A stretch of DNA of 64,000 nt from Shigella phage SSG23: the sequence record PQ351811; one strand, given 5' to 3'. The translations under genes were made by a program, and so were the position numbers. Below the pieces are notes generated by a model, which was not told the origin of the DNA, searched no databases, and saw only the letters and a program-made list of their open reading frames with translations. Positions 24,235-33,141 of the stretch are shown here, piece by piece; positions within the stretch are counted from its first letter, which is position 1, and each line of letters opens with the position of its first letter.

Positions 24235-24729
24235 ATGTGGGTACAAGATGTTTGGTATACTGTAACTAAAGAAAACCTTGACGCATTCAGCGACCAATCT
24301 TGCGCTAATAGTTCAATTGCTGGTATCCTTACTGATGTGTTTGGTGGTGTTGATAAAATTCGTTTTAAAGTTGTTGTTGGTTCGATGGGGGGTGTAAAAG
24401 ACCTATACACCGAAGATAAAGACCTTGATCTTGAACTTCGTCTTCGTATTGATAATGCAAGTCTAGGTTATTGGTTTGAAGATAACGAATATGAATACTT
24501 CACCCCAGCAATTAAAGTTTTTGCGACTAAACTGGAAGCTGTACTAAATATCCGACCAATTAATGTTGACGGTTATATTATCAAAAATATTCAGGATTGG
24601 GAGTTGTATCTAGATCAGATTATCCGAAATAGTAAGCAGGAAGCCGCTAATAAGAAGCGACAAGAGATTAAACAGCTTAAGGCTGAACTGGAAGCTAAAG
24701 AAAAAGAATTAGCAGAACTGGTAAAATAA
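24235..24729 (+). CDS. hypothetical protein, paralog-family-like
   Basis: ATG after GAGGATTATATTATG; WFEDNEYEYF motif; coiled-coil C-terminus. Confidence 0.55.
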   Translation: MWVQDVWYTVTKENLDAFSDQSCANSSIAGILTDVFGGVDKIRFKVVVGSMGGVKDLYTEDKDLDLELRLRIDNASLGYWFEDNEYEYFTPAIKVFATKLEAVLNIRPINVDGYIIKNIQDWELYLDQIIRNSKQEAANKKRQEIKQLKAELEAKEKELAELVK

Positions 24730-24737
24730 CTATCAAC

Positions 24738-24760
24738 GAGCGGGAGAAATCCCGCTTTTT
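24738..24760 (+). terminator. intrinsic terminator
   Basis: AGCGGGA-GAAA-TCCCGCT followed by TTTTTC. Confidence 0.65.
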
Positions 24761-24773
24761 CATAGGTGATACA

Positions 24774-26636
24774 ATGGAAAAACTAATCAAAGACATTACA
24801 GAGATCGCAACGGGTAAAGAAAACGAAGTAAGCAAAGAGAACGCGAACAAAGACGCGCGAACATTCCCGACACGTCGAGATCTGATTGCTGGTGCTGTGT
24901 CTAAACAGATTGCTAAAACCGTGTTACCTGAGCACATCTATAAAGCGCATGTAGACGGTGATATTCATTATCATGATATGGATTATGCACCCGCTATGCC
25001 GTTTACTAACTGCTGTCTTGTTAATCTCAAAGACATGTTAGAGAATGGTTTTAAATTGGGTAGCGCACAAATCGAAAGTCCTAAATCGATCGGCGTTGCT
25101 TGTGCTGTAACCGCTCAAATTATCGCACAGGTGGCAAGTCATCAATATGGCGGGACCACAATTGCAAACATCGATCAGGTTTTAGCGCCATACGTTGAGA
25201 AAACATATCATAAACACCTTGCTGATGCAGAAACCTACGGAATCAAAGCTGATACTCTCTATGCACAAGAGAAGACAGAAAAAGAAACGCTAGACGGATA
25301 TCAGGCGTTGGAATATGAGATCAACACTTTGTTCTCTACCAACGGTCAAACACCTTTTGTGACTTTAACCTTTGGTATGGGTACTAGCTGGGAAGAAAAA
25401 CTGATTCAGAAAGCGATCCTGAAAGTTCGAACTAAAGGTTTAGGTAAAGATGGTATAACTCCGGTGTTTCCTAAGCTGGTGATGTTCTTAGAAGAAGGAT
25501 TAAACCTTAAACCGGAAGATCCGAACTACGACATTAAGCAACTTGCATTGGAATGTTCTAGTAAGCGTCTTTACCCTGATTATATCTCTGCGAAGAATAA
25601 CCGTAGTATCACTGGATCTAGTGTTCCGGTTAGCCCGATGGGTTGTCGTAGCTTCCTGGGTGTGTGGCATAATGAGAAAGGCGAAGAAGTATTAGATGGA
25701 CGTAATAACTTAGGTGTTGTGACTCTGAATCTTCCGCGTATTGCACTTATTGCCGCGCGTCGTGCTGGTAAAGCGTCTGTAATGCGCAGAATTGAGCTAT
25801 TCGAACAAGAGCTAGCTAATCGTCTGCCTATTTGCTTTGATGCGCTCATGAGTCGCGTAGACGCTTTAAAAGGGGCTAAAGCCAATGTTGCTCCTGTACT
25901 GTATACCGAAGGTGCATTTTTCCGTATTCATCAAAACGATGAAATTTTGGAAGTGCTGAAAGATGGTCGCGCTAGTATCTCTCTTGGGTATATTGGTTTA
26001 CATGAAGTGTTGAGCGTCCTGTTTGGTGTTCATCCGTTTGATTCGGAAGATGCGCAGCGATACGGTAAACATATTCTTAAAATCCTGCGTCATTATACTG
26101 AAAAATGGAAGGACGAAACCGGACTTGGGTTTAGTCTTTACGGCACGCCAGCCGAGAGCCTTTGTTATCGATTTAATCGACTGGACCGAGAGCAATTTGG
26201 TATTGTTAAGGGTGCTACCGATAAAGACTGGTACACCAACTCATTCCACCTTGACGTAGACCGGAAAGTTACACCGTTTGAGAAAATCGACTTTGAGAAA
26301 GACTATCACTGGCTGGCGTCTGGTGGTATGATCTCTTATGTTGAGTTCCCGGACATGAAAAACAACATTAAAGGGCTTGAAACTGTAGTAGACTATGCAA
26401 TGGATAAATTGCACTACTTCGGTGTTAATACTCCTTCTGATGTATGTCATGTATGCGGATCTACTAAGGAAATGAGAGCGACCGAGTCTGGTTTTGTTTG
26501 CCCTGATTGCGGCAATGACAATCTGGAAAAGATGAATGTTATCCGTCGCGTTAGTGGATATCTTGGATCTGTTGACCTGCGTCCATTCAACCACGGGAAA
26601 CACTCCGAGATGGTAAACCGCGTTAAACACATGTAA
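24774..26636 (+). CDS. nrdD: anaerobic ribonucleoside-triphosphate reductase
   Basis: 620 aa; C-terminal Zn site CHVCGS..CPDCG and glycyl-radical motif RVSGYLG. Confidence 0.92.
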   Translation: MEKLIKDITEIATGKENEVSKENANKDARTFPTRRDLIAGAVSKQIAKTVLPEHIYKAHVDGDIHYHDMDYAPAMPFTNCCLVNLKDMLENGFKLGSAQIESPKSIGVACAVTAQIIAQVASHQYGGTTIANIDQVLAPYVEKTYHKHLADAETYGIKADTLYAQEKTEKETLDGYQALEYEINTLFSTNGQTPFVTLTFGMGTSWEEKLIQKAILKVRTKGLGKDGITPVFPKLVMFLEEGLNLKPEDPNYDIKQLALECSSKRLYPDYISAKNNRSITGSSVPVSPMGCRSFLGVWHNEKGEEVLDGRNNLGVVTLNLPRIALIAARRAGKASVMRRIELFEQELANRLPICFDALMSRVDALKGAKANVAPVLYTEGAFFRIHQNDEILEVLKDGRASISLGYIGLHEVLSVLFGVHPFDSEDAQRYGKHILKILRHYTEKWKDETGLGFSLYGTPAESLCYRFNRLDREQFGIVKGATDKDWYTNSFHLDVDRKVTPFEKIDFEKDYHWLASGGMISYVEFPDMKNNIKGLETVVDYAMDKLHYFGVNTPSDVCHVCGSTKEMRATESGFVCPDCGNDNLEKMNVIRRVSGYLGSVDLRPFNHGKHSEMVNRVKHM

Positions 26637-26641
26637 ATTTC

Positions 26642-26674
26642 AGCCGATCCGAAAGGGTCGGCTTTTTCGTTTTG
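26642..26674 (+). terminator. intrinsic terminator
   Basis: AGCCGATCC-GAAA-GGGTCGGCT followed by TTTTTCGTTTT. Confidence 0.7.
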
Positions 26675-26679
26675 GGGTG

Positions 26680-26707
26680 TTGACAACATGATTAGATAAT
26701 GTATAAT
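26680..26707 (+). promoter_or_regulatory. sigma70-consensus early promoter
   Basis: TTGACA-16-TATAAT; leader CACATCGAAAACAACGAGAGGACAACATG. Confidence 0.7.
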
Positions 26708-26739
26708 GCTCACATCGAAAACAACGAGAGGACAACATG

Positions 26740-27276
26740 ATGATGTTTTGTGTACTGAGCAAAGAAGTTAAACTTCGTAAACTGGAAATTGGCGATGGTG
26801 TTGTTGTTAAAATGCACGCTAGCACATTGACTAGTTTTAATTTAAAGGAAAGTTTTTTTATTAGAGGAACGGTGGTTAATATCTGCTGGAGTAAAGGCGA
26901 AGGAATCCGTAGCTTTTGCGTAATTGACGATGATAATAACCTGTATGTGATTCGCTATCATAATAATTCTATATTGGTCTATACCGACAATTCACGAGAA
27001 TTGTATACTCTTGAATTTGTTAAGCGTACTGATTGCGATCGATTTGTTCGTGCTTATGAAGAAGATGGCTGTTTTGCGACTGAAACAGAAACACATGAAT
27101 ATGTTCCTATGGAAGTAGGAGCCGAAATTAAACACAAGATCACGGATCGTATTTTTAAGGTTGTGGCGGTTGCTCATACTCAATTTGTAGCGCAAGCGCC
27201 GGATGAAGAATTTATTATCTACAATATTGGTAATGCAAGTTCTCACTTTCATAATGTACAATATCGCGATCTTTGA
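26740..27276 (+). CDS. hypothetical protein
   Basis: Track ORF 26737..27276; GAGAGGA SD 7 nt upstream of second ATG. Confidence 0.55.
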   Translation: MMFCVLSKEVKLRKLEIGDGVVVKMHASTLTSFNLKESFFIRGTVVNICWSKGEGIRSFCVIDDDNNLYVIRYHNNSILVYTDNSRELYTLEFVKRTDCDRFVRAYEEDGCFATETETHEYVPMEVGAEIKHKITDRIFKVVAVAHTQFVAQAPDEEFIIYNIGNASSHFHNVQYRDL

Positions 27277-27293
27277 AATAATGTGAGGTGACT

Positions 27294-27839
27294 ATGAAAT
27301 CATTAAACCGTAAACGTAAAGCACAACGACACATGGAACACGCAAAATCAATTAATGTTGATATGACATTAGAACATATTGATGATGATTCATGTTATGA
27401 TGATGAACCAACAAATAAGATCCCTGTATGGATGGTTACGGTAAGAATTGACAATAAACAGATCGAAGAGACACACGATGCTTTAGCCTTGTTTCACGAA
27501 TGGCATCCGGTTAATATCGGGTGGGAGGAAAACAAAGCAAAAGGTCAATACTTCCTCACCTGTTCGTGTGGTGTAGCCGGATGCGCTGGGTATTGGGAAC
27601 CTGTTGTGATTCGGGTTAAAAAGGATACTGTACAATGGTCTGTGCGTAAAGAGCAGGGATACAGCAAAGGTGTGATCGGTACTGGCGAGAATGTGATTTA
27701 TCTTAAACGTAAAGATTACGAAGAGTGCCGGAAGTTTATTTTGAATATGCTGCGTTCTTATCCAGATGACAATTTCATGTTTGCCGGAGAGTACCTACCA
27801 GGCCGCCTGTGGTTGAAATCTCTCGAAAAATTTAAATAA
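27294..27839 (+). CDS. hypothetical protein
   Basis: Track ORF 27288 (GTG), ATG 27294 after GAGGTG SD; CSCGVAGCAGYW Cys cluster. Confidence 0.55.
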   Translation: MKSLNRKRKAQRHMEHAKSINVDMTLEHIDDDSCYDDEPTNKIPVWMVTVRIDNKQIEETHDALALFHEWHPVNIGWEENKAKGQYFLTCSCGVAGCAGYWEPVVIRVKKDTVQWSVRKEQGYSKGVIGTGENVIYLKRKDYEECRKFILNMLRSYPDDNFMFAGEYLPGRLWLKSLEKFK

Positions 27840-27843
27840 ATGC

Positions 27844-27872
27844 TTGACGGGGATCGCGAGATCCCCTATACT
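27844..27872 (+). promoter_or_regulatory. sigma70-like early promoter (PeSL-like cassette)
   Basis: TTGACG then palindromic spacer GGGGATCGCGAGATCCCC then TATACT; conserved leader. Confidence 0.65.
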
Positions 27873-27914
27873 ACACACATCAAGACGAGATACAACTTTA
27901 CAGGAGAATCAAAT

Positions 27915-28067
27915 ATGTGGACTTTACTGATTTGGGAAACTGAAAACGCACAAGTAGAAATCCGTGAATACGAATACCTAAGCCCAGCTTATCTATTGGC
28001 ATCTCGCGGCGGTTACTATAAAGCGCAGATTGTAAACGAGTTCGGGGTAATTGAATATGAGTTCTGA
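27915..28067 (+). CDS. small hypothetical early protein (50 aa)
   Basis: ATG after AGGAGAATCAAATATG; within track ORF 27840..28067. Confidence 0.45.
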   Translation: MWTLLIWETENAQVEIREYEYLSPAYLLASRGGYYKAQIVNEFGVIEYEF

Positions 28068-28560
28068 TACATACGGCAAACTACGCTATGCCGATATTAA
28101 AGATTGTGATATGGTTAATGGTGAGGGAGTGAGAGTCTCCCTTTACGTTACCGGATGTTCACACGCATGTGATGGTTGCTTTAATTCCAGTATACTCAAT
28201 CCTAAGAACGGGGAACCATTCACCGATGATACAATGGGATTGATTCTGGATCTGCTTAGACCTGATTTTATTCAGGGGCTAACATTCTTAGGTGGAGATC
28301 CACTGTATAAACGCAATTTAAAGGGTGTACAGCGGATCATCGATGAAGTAAAATCATGGATGCCAAATAAAGATATTTGGCTATGGTCCGGTTATACCCT
28401 TGACCAATTGAATGATGAGCAAAGAAAAATTGTAGAATCGGTTGACATGTTCATCGATGGGCGTTATATTAAAGATATGCCAACGAAGAAGCCGTGGCGG
28501 GGGTCTGACAATCAAGTACAATACAAGATTGTTAATAGTATTCCCGTGAAAATTATTTGA
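28057..28560 (+). CDS. nrdG: anaerobic ribonucleotide reductase activating protein (radical SAM)
   Basis: Cys cluster GCSHACDGCFN (CxxxCxxC-type); track ORF 28051 (TTG), ATG 28057. Confidence 0.88.
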   Translation: MSSDTYGKLRYADIKDCDMVNGEGVRVSLYVTGCSHACDGCFNSSILNPKNGEPFTDDTMGLILDLLRPDFIQGLTFLGGDPLYKRNLKGVQRIIDEVKSWMPNKDIWLWSGYTLDQLNDEQRKIVESVDMFIDGRYIKDMPTKKPWRGSDNQVQYKIVNSIPVKII

Positions 28561-28570
28561 GGTGATTATT

Positions 28571-29098
28571 ATGGAATGGGAAGTTGGTAAAACTTACAAG
28601 ATTGAATGCGAAGCGTCGAAAGCCGAACTGACTAAATTTTCGTCGTCTATTAACAGATGTATTGTTGACTTGTTGGCTGGTCGCCCGTTTAGGGTAGAAG
28701 ACCTTGACGATGATGGTGATGTTAGAGAAATTACTATTATTGGTAGTAATTTCGACTCTATGACGTTAAAAGAATCCCCTATTGGTTGTTCTGGTGTGTG
28801 GTTTTGGTCGGGTGAGCGTCGTTTCTTTACCGAAGTTACTATTGAACCTAAGATTCCAGAATCGGAAGAAAAAGAAGAAGACCTAACTTTAGAACGTCTG
28901 GGTCTGCTTATGGAAGCCTACGACATTCAGTTGATCGATAAGACAGGATTGCACAATAGCATTGCTAAAATCACTACCCTAGAAGGTATTAAGAGCGTAC
29001 TGGATGGTATGCCTAGCCGGATCGGTGCTATCCGCGAATACAAGCAAACGCGCGACCGTATGATCCAATTAGAATCACGTATCAAAAATGAGAGATGA
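28571..29098 (+). CDS. paralog family A member 1
   Basis: MEWEVGKTYK...RPFRV..WFWSGERRFFTEV module plus helical C-module; GAGGTG SD. Confidence 0.6.
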   Translation: MEWEVGKTYKIECEASKAELTKFSSSINRCIVDLLAGRPFRVEDLDDDGDVREITIIGSNFDSMTLKESPIGCSGVWFWSGERRFFTEVTIEPKIPESEEKEEDLTLERLGLLMEAYDIQLIDKTGLHNSIAKITTLEGIKSVLDGMPSRIGAIREYKQTRDRMIQLESRIKNER

Positions 29099-29102
29099 TA
29101 AT

Positions 29103-29588
29103 ATGAAATGGGAAGAAGGTAAGACCTATAAGTTGGGTGGAGAATACGAAAAGAGTATTTTGCGTGATTGTTGGCGTTACGAACGAAGACCTAATATTGA
29201 TGGTATGTTTACATATCTCGATAAACCATTTATTGTTGCTACGGTAGACCGTTGGGGTAATGTACGTTCAATCTATAATCACGAAGGGGATTATATTAGT
29301 TCTATCGATGTTGGTGATAATATATGGTTTTCCGATGGCGACCGAGCGTGCTTCAAAGAAGTTTTATTGCCTGGTCATGAGCATGATCTAATTGATCTTC
29401 TCAAATTGGCGATGGATAATTATAAAATTCGCTTTGAATGCAAATCACATGCGGCTATCGGTGCTAATGCATTGCGTCATATCTCCAGTTTTGAAGAGTT
29501 GAAAGATTTTCTTGACAAAATGCCGGAAAGAGTGCAAGCTATACAGGAAGCAGAGAAAGCATTAAACGAACTTGATAAAATCGGTTAA
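29103..29588 (+). CDS. paralog family A member 2
   Basis: MKWEEGKTYK...KPFIV..WFSDGDRACFKEV; C-module FLDKMPERVQAIQEAE. Confidence 0.6.
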   Translation: MKWEEGKTYKLGGEYEKSILRDCWRYERRPNIDGMFTYLDKPFIVATVDRWGNVRSIYNHEGDYISSIDVGDNIWFSDGDRACFKEVLLPGHEHDLIDLLKLAMDNYKIRFECKSHAAIGANALRHISSFEELKDFLDKMPERVQAIQEAEKALNELDKIG

Positions 29589-29600
29589 GGGGAATATATT

Positions 29601-30425
29601 ATGAAATGGGAAATTGGTAAAACTTACACTTGGAAAGATGAAAAAGCTAAAACTGAGTTTATTACTAACGGTGAAGGTGTTCTTTCTCCACTTAACAGCG
29701 ATATTAGTGCAGCTATTGGTGACAAGCCATTTACCATCATCGAGATCGAGGGTAATGGTTGGATTGATGTAATAGAACTCGATGGGGTTGAGCATACGGC
29801 GAAAACTGCTACAGGAAAAGACATTTGGACTGCAACATATTTCTTTAGTCCATTCGATAGAAAATTCTTTCGTGAAGTTGAAGAAGTTCCCCAGAAATGG
29901 GAGGTTGGTAAAACTTATACTTGGAAAGATGCGAATGCTATGACCGACTTCTGTCATTATGCTGAAAACGTATCTAATCTTAATTATGTTATTGCACGAG
30001 CAATAAATTATAGACCTTTTACTGTTAAAAATGTTCGTCCATGTGGGCAAATTGATGTAATTGAAATTGATGGTAAAGACCATACTCTAATGAGTGCAAC
30101 CGAAGATAGCGACCATAAAGGAACTAGCTGGTTTATTGATTCTGATAGAAAATTCTTTCAAGAAGTAGAAGAATTGGAAGTTATAACCACTGATTCTAAG
30201 ATCGTTGGGCAATTGAAGCGTCTGTTTAGTAGTCGTTATGGCCTAACAATGGTTAAATTTGGCGAAGCAAATGAAGGTAAAACCTTTGAACGTTTCGATG
30301 ATTTCATCACAGCACTTGACAAGATGGACGAAATCATGCAAGATCGACAGAAGATTAAAGACCTTCAAGAAGACATTAACCGTCGTGAAGTTGAATTTTT
30401 GATTGGTAAAGAGCGAGGATGGTAA
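29601..30425 (+). CDS. paralog family A member 3 (internally duplicated N-module)
   Basis: Two copies of WE.GKTYTWKD...RPFT...IDVIE.DG...FDRKFF.EVEE (residues 1-95 and 97-190) plus C-module. Confidence 0.65.
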   Translation: MKWEIGKTYTWKDEKAKTEFITNGEGVLSPLNSDISAAIGDKPFTIIEIEGNGWIDVIELDGVEHTAKTATGKDIWTATYFFSPFDRKFFREVEEVPQKWEVGKTYTWKDANAMTDFCHYAENVSNLNYVIARAINYRPFTVKNVRPCGQIDVIEIDGKDHTLMSATEDSDHKGTSWFIDSDRKFFQEVEELEVITTDSKIVGQLKRLFSSRYGLTMVKFGEANEGKTFERFDDFITALDKMDEIMQDRQKIKDLQEDINRREVEFLIGKERGW

Positions 30426-30426
30426 T

Positions 30427-30909
30427 ATGTTTGTTGCTGGCGTGACCTATCAGTGGAAAGATAAGAAAACGAGAGAAGATTTTGCAAACTTTAGCGTTGC
30501 AAATGATGCAATAGCAGAGTTTATCGGCGACCGTCCATTTAAAGTTATTGCATTTGATCACCATGCATCGGATGTGGATTATGTTTCTGTGATTGAAATT
30601 GATGGCAAGGTGTACACCTGCTGCAATGTTGATGATGTACGGGAATACGCGCACAACTGGTTTTTGCAATCAGAAGAACGTCATTTTAAAGTGGTATCGG
30701 CAGAACTGACCACTGATGCAATGTTGGAACAATTTTTTAACAACTACGAAGTTTCTGTACGTCGATATGGTGAAGAGGAAGTATTTAAAATTGATGACTA
30801 TAATCAGTTTAAACGAGTATTCGCCACTAAGATCCAACGTGATATTGAACGCGAGAAGCGCATCAAGGAACTGGAAGAAGAACTGGAAAGATTAAAGGCT
30901 GAGAAATGA
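30427..30909 (+). CDS. paralog family A member 4
   Basis: Track ORF 30403..30909, ATG 30427 after GAGCGAGGATGG; VTYQWKDKK...RPFKV..VIEIDG..WF; coiled-coil C-terminus. Confidence 0.55.
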   Translation: MFVAGVTYQWKDKKTREDFANFSVANDAIAEFIGDRPFKVIAFDHHASDVDYVSVIEIDGKVYTCCNVDDVREYAHNWFLQSEERHFKVVSAELTTDAMLEQFFNNYEVSVRRYGEEEVFKIDDYNQFKRVFATKIQRDIEREKRIKELEEELERLKAEK

Positions 30910-31175
30910 TCGAGATATACGGCATACCGAAAGAGGCTTATCATTGTTATGGTTGTATTGGTGCAATGAAGCTACTGGATGATCTGGGTATTCCGTATAC
31001 ACTTAAACCAGTATTCAAGCAGGTCGGGGTTGACATTATTCCCGACCGTGATATGATTGAAGAACTGGCGGGGAGGCTGAACTCAAAGAGCCTCCGGTTT
31101 GTATACCCCCAGATATTCATTGACAACGAGCACATTGGAGGCTATAAAGAACTGAGGGCGATTTATGATTATTGA
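30906..31175 (+). CDS. glutaredoxin-like protein (NrdH-like redoxin)
   Basis: CYGC active site at N-terminus of 89-aa protein; ATGA overlap; position corresponds to T4 nrdH. Confidence 0.7.
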   Translation: MIEIYGIPKEAYHCYGCIGAMKLLDDLGIPYTLKPVFKQVGVDIIPDRDMIEELAGRLNSKSLRFVYPQIFIDNEHIGGYKELRAIYDY

Positions 31176-31323
31176 GAATTTAGTTTCGGTGTTCATTATT
31201 GCTTTATTTGCTATAATGGCTTTACCGTTGAATAAGTGTAAACACTGTAACGGAACAGGATTGCGTGGTGATGGGTGTTGCGCTCATTGTCATGGATCTG
31301 GTAAAGTAAGTATCATTAAGTAA
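31165..31323 (+). CDS. small TM protein with CxxC-x11-CCxxC tail (52 aa)
   Basis: GAGGG SD 6 nt upstream; hydrophobic N-terminus then CKHC...CCAHCHG; overlaps glutaredoxin stop. Confidence 0.35.
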   Translation: MIIENLVSVFIIALFAIMALPLNKCKHCNGTGLRGDGCCAHCHGSGKVSIIK

Positions 31324-31344
31324 TTCTTGAGCGAGGAATATATT

Positions 31345-31632
31345 ATGTTAGTACACAATGCAATCGCACACATGGTTTACTCTCGATTTGGACGCATGGA
31401 AGAAATCAGTATTACCGATGCAGATTTAGATCTGATGCAAGTAGAAGGTCAGACATATCTGAAAAATAACGGCGTGAATATCGGTAAAGCGCGTGTGCGT
31501 GAATTGTTGGTTGAATATATTCTCTCTGAATTTGGCATTAGTGCTTTCGGTGTGAAAGAGATTGCACCAAAGCGAGAAATCTCTGATAAGATGATCAAGA
31601 AATGCCAGAAAGCACGACGTAAGGGTTTCTAA
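31345..31632 (+). CDS. hypothetical protein
   Basis: Track ORF 31327 (TTG), ATG 31345 after GAGGAATATATTATG. Confidence 0.5.
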   Translation: MLVHNAIAHMVYSRFGRMEEISITDADLDLMQVEGQTYLKNNGVNIGKARVRELLVEYILSEFGISAFGVKEIAPKREISDKMIKKCQKARRKGF

Positions 31633-33101
31633 TGAAGATTGAAACATTAATCGCATTGCCAGCGGCGGGGAAAACTGATGCTATACTTTCCCACGTCCTA
31701 GAGACAAAAGAAAAAGCGGTTATTGCTTCGCCATCTCGTGTTTTAAGTGAACAATCTTACAATAAGTTTAAAAGAATGGGCGGTCGTGCTGTCTTGATTG
31801 ATAGCACAAGACTAAGAAGCCTTAAGACAGTGCAAGCGTCGATAATGCAATCAGTTAAAGACGGCGCTGATGTGATATTCATTACACACACCGCGTTATC
31901 TAATATGGAACGTTCAAAAATGTTTGGTGAATATGCTCTTTACATTGATGAAGTTCCTCAACTGGTCGAATTTAATGAATATCCGTTTAAGTCTAATCTT
32001 GAACTTATCACGAAGCATTGCGAACCAATCGCCGATGAATCAGAATGCCTACAGAACCTAGTTCTAAAAGATTCTGAGAAGTCCGCTATCAAAGAAAAGA
32101 TAGAAAGTGCGAAGGATGGTACTGATATGATCGATTCTTCGCTTAGAGGGCTTTATGAGGCGTTATTAGAGAAGAAAATCAACGTTATGGTAAAACATAA
32201 CGAAGGACACCGGAAGAATGGGTCGAAAATTGTTTTCTTGAACGATAACAAACACGGTACGTGGGGAGACTTTAAAAAGGTTACGATAGCATGTGCAAAT
32301 CTCTTTGATACATACAGCGGAAAGTATCTACGATACTATGCAAATTGCGATTTTGTTCCTAGTGCGCTAGAATCGCGGTTGTATTTTAAAGAATACAAAA
32401 ATACCGATAGAGTTAATATCGTGCTAATGACCGATTCTGAAAGATGGTCCCGTCATCAATCAGAAACAAATAATACCTTTGAACGTTTGGTTGATATGGT
32501 TAAAGATGAATGTGGTGACAATTTCATATATACCGTTAACCGCGACCGAGAGGCGTGCACAAATGGTATTGGTGAGCGGATACCATACGGATCATATGGC
32601 CTTAACTCTTACATTCATCATAAAAATGTTGCTGTGATGTTCAGCTTTAACCCTCAACGGTGGGAGATTGACATTTTAAAAGGATTGGCGCATAGTTGCG
32701 ATCTCCCGACAAATGAGTTTTTGAAAGCGCGTCATGTTTCTGACTATCTGGAACCAGCATTTCAATTATGTTTGCGTTGCAACCTTAGAGACAACGAGAG
32801 CAAAGAGAAGGTTAATTTATATGTTCCTGATTGGGCGTTAGTGGACTATCTAAAAACTTTTCTTCCTAACGCCAATGTTATAACAGACCGCATGATCTCT
32901 TTAGAATGTGGTGAGCGCAAAGGTCGAAAATCGTTTAAGAAGATGTTCGATTTTAACGAGAAGGAGAACGCCAGATTTAATGGATTCAAGCACCGCATGA
33001 AGAAAAAAGGAAAAACTCTTGATCCGTCTGATGGTGAATCGGTAGAGATGGTTAGAGTGTGGATAACTAAGCAAAGAAAGTATAATAGTAATGGGGAATA
33101 G
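31632..33101 (+). CDS. P-loop NTPase of unknown function (489 aa)
   Basis: Walker A LPAAGKTDA and Walker B-like LYIDEV; occupies T4 alpha-gt slot between nrdH-like and gene 55. Confidence 0.6.
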   Translation: MKIETLIALPAAGKTDAILSHVLETKEKAVIASPSRVLSEQSYNKFKRMGGRAVLIDSTRLRSLKTVQASIMQSVKDGADVIFITHTALSNMERSKMFGEYALYIDEVPQLVEFNEYPFKSNLELITKHCEPIADESECLQNLVLKDSEKSAIKEKIESAKDGTDMIDSSLRGLYEALLEKKINVMVKHNEGHRKNGSKIVFLNDNKHGTWGDFKKVTIACANLFDTYSGKYLRYYANCDFVPSALESRLYFKEYKNTDRVNIVLMTDSERWSRHQSETNNTFERLVDMVKDECGDNFIYTVNRDREACTNGIGERIPYGSYGLNSYIHHKNVAVMFSFNPQRWEIDILKGLAHSCDLPTNEFLKARHVSDYLEPAFQLCLRCNLRDNESKEKVNLYVPDWALVDYLKTFLPNANVITDRMISLECGERKGRKSFKKMFDFNEKENARFNGFKHRMKKKGKTLDPSDGESVEMVRVWITKQRKYNSNGE

Positions 33102-33141
33102 CCCGAAAGGGTTATTTCCTAAATAATAGCGAGGGTGCGAA

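Noticed and set aside
33102-33122. Stem-loop GGAATAGCCC-GAAA-GGGTTATTTCC after the P-loop NTPase gene as a terminator
   Set aside because: Stable hairpin but no downstream U-tract; not called as an intrinsic terminator.
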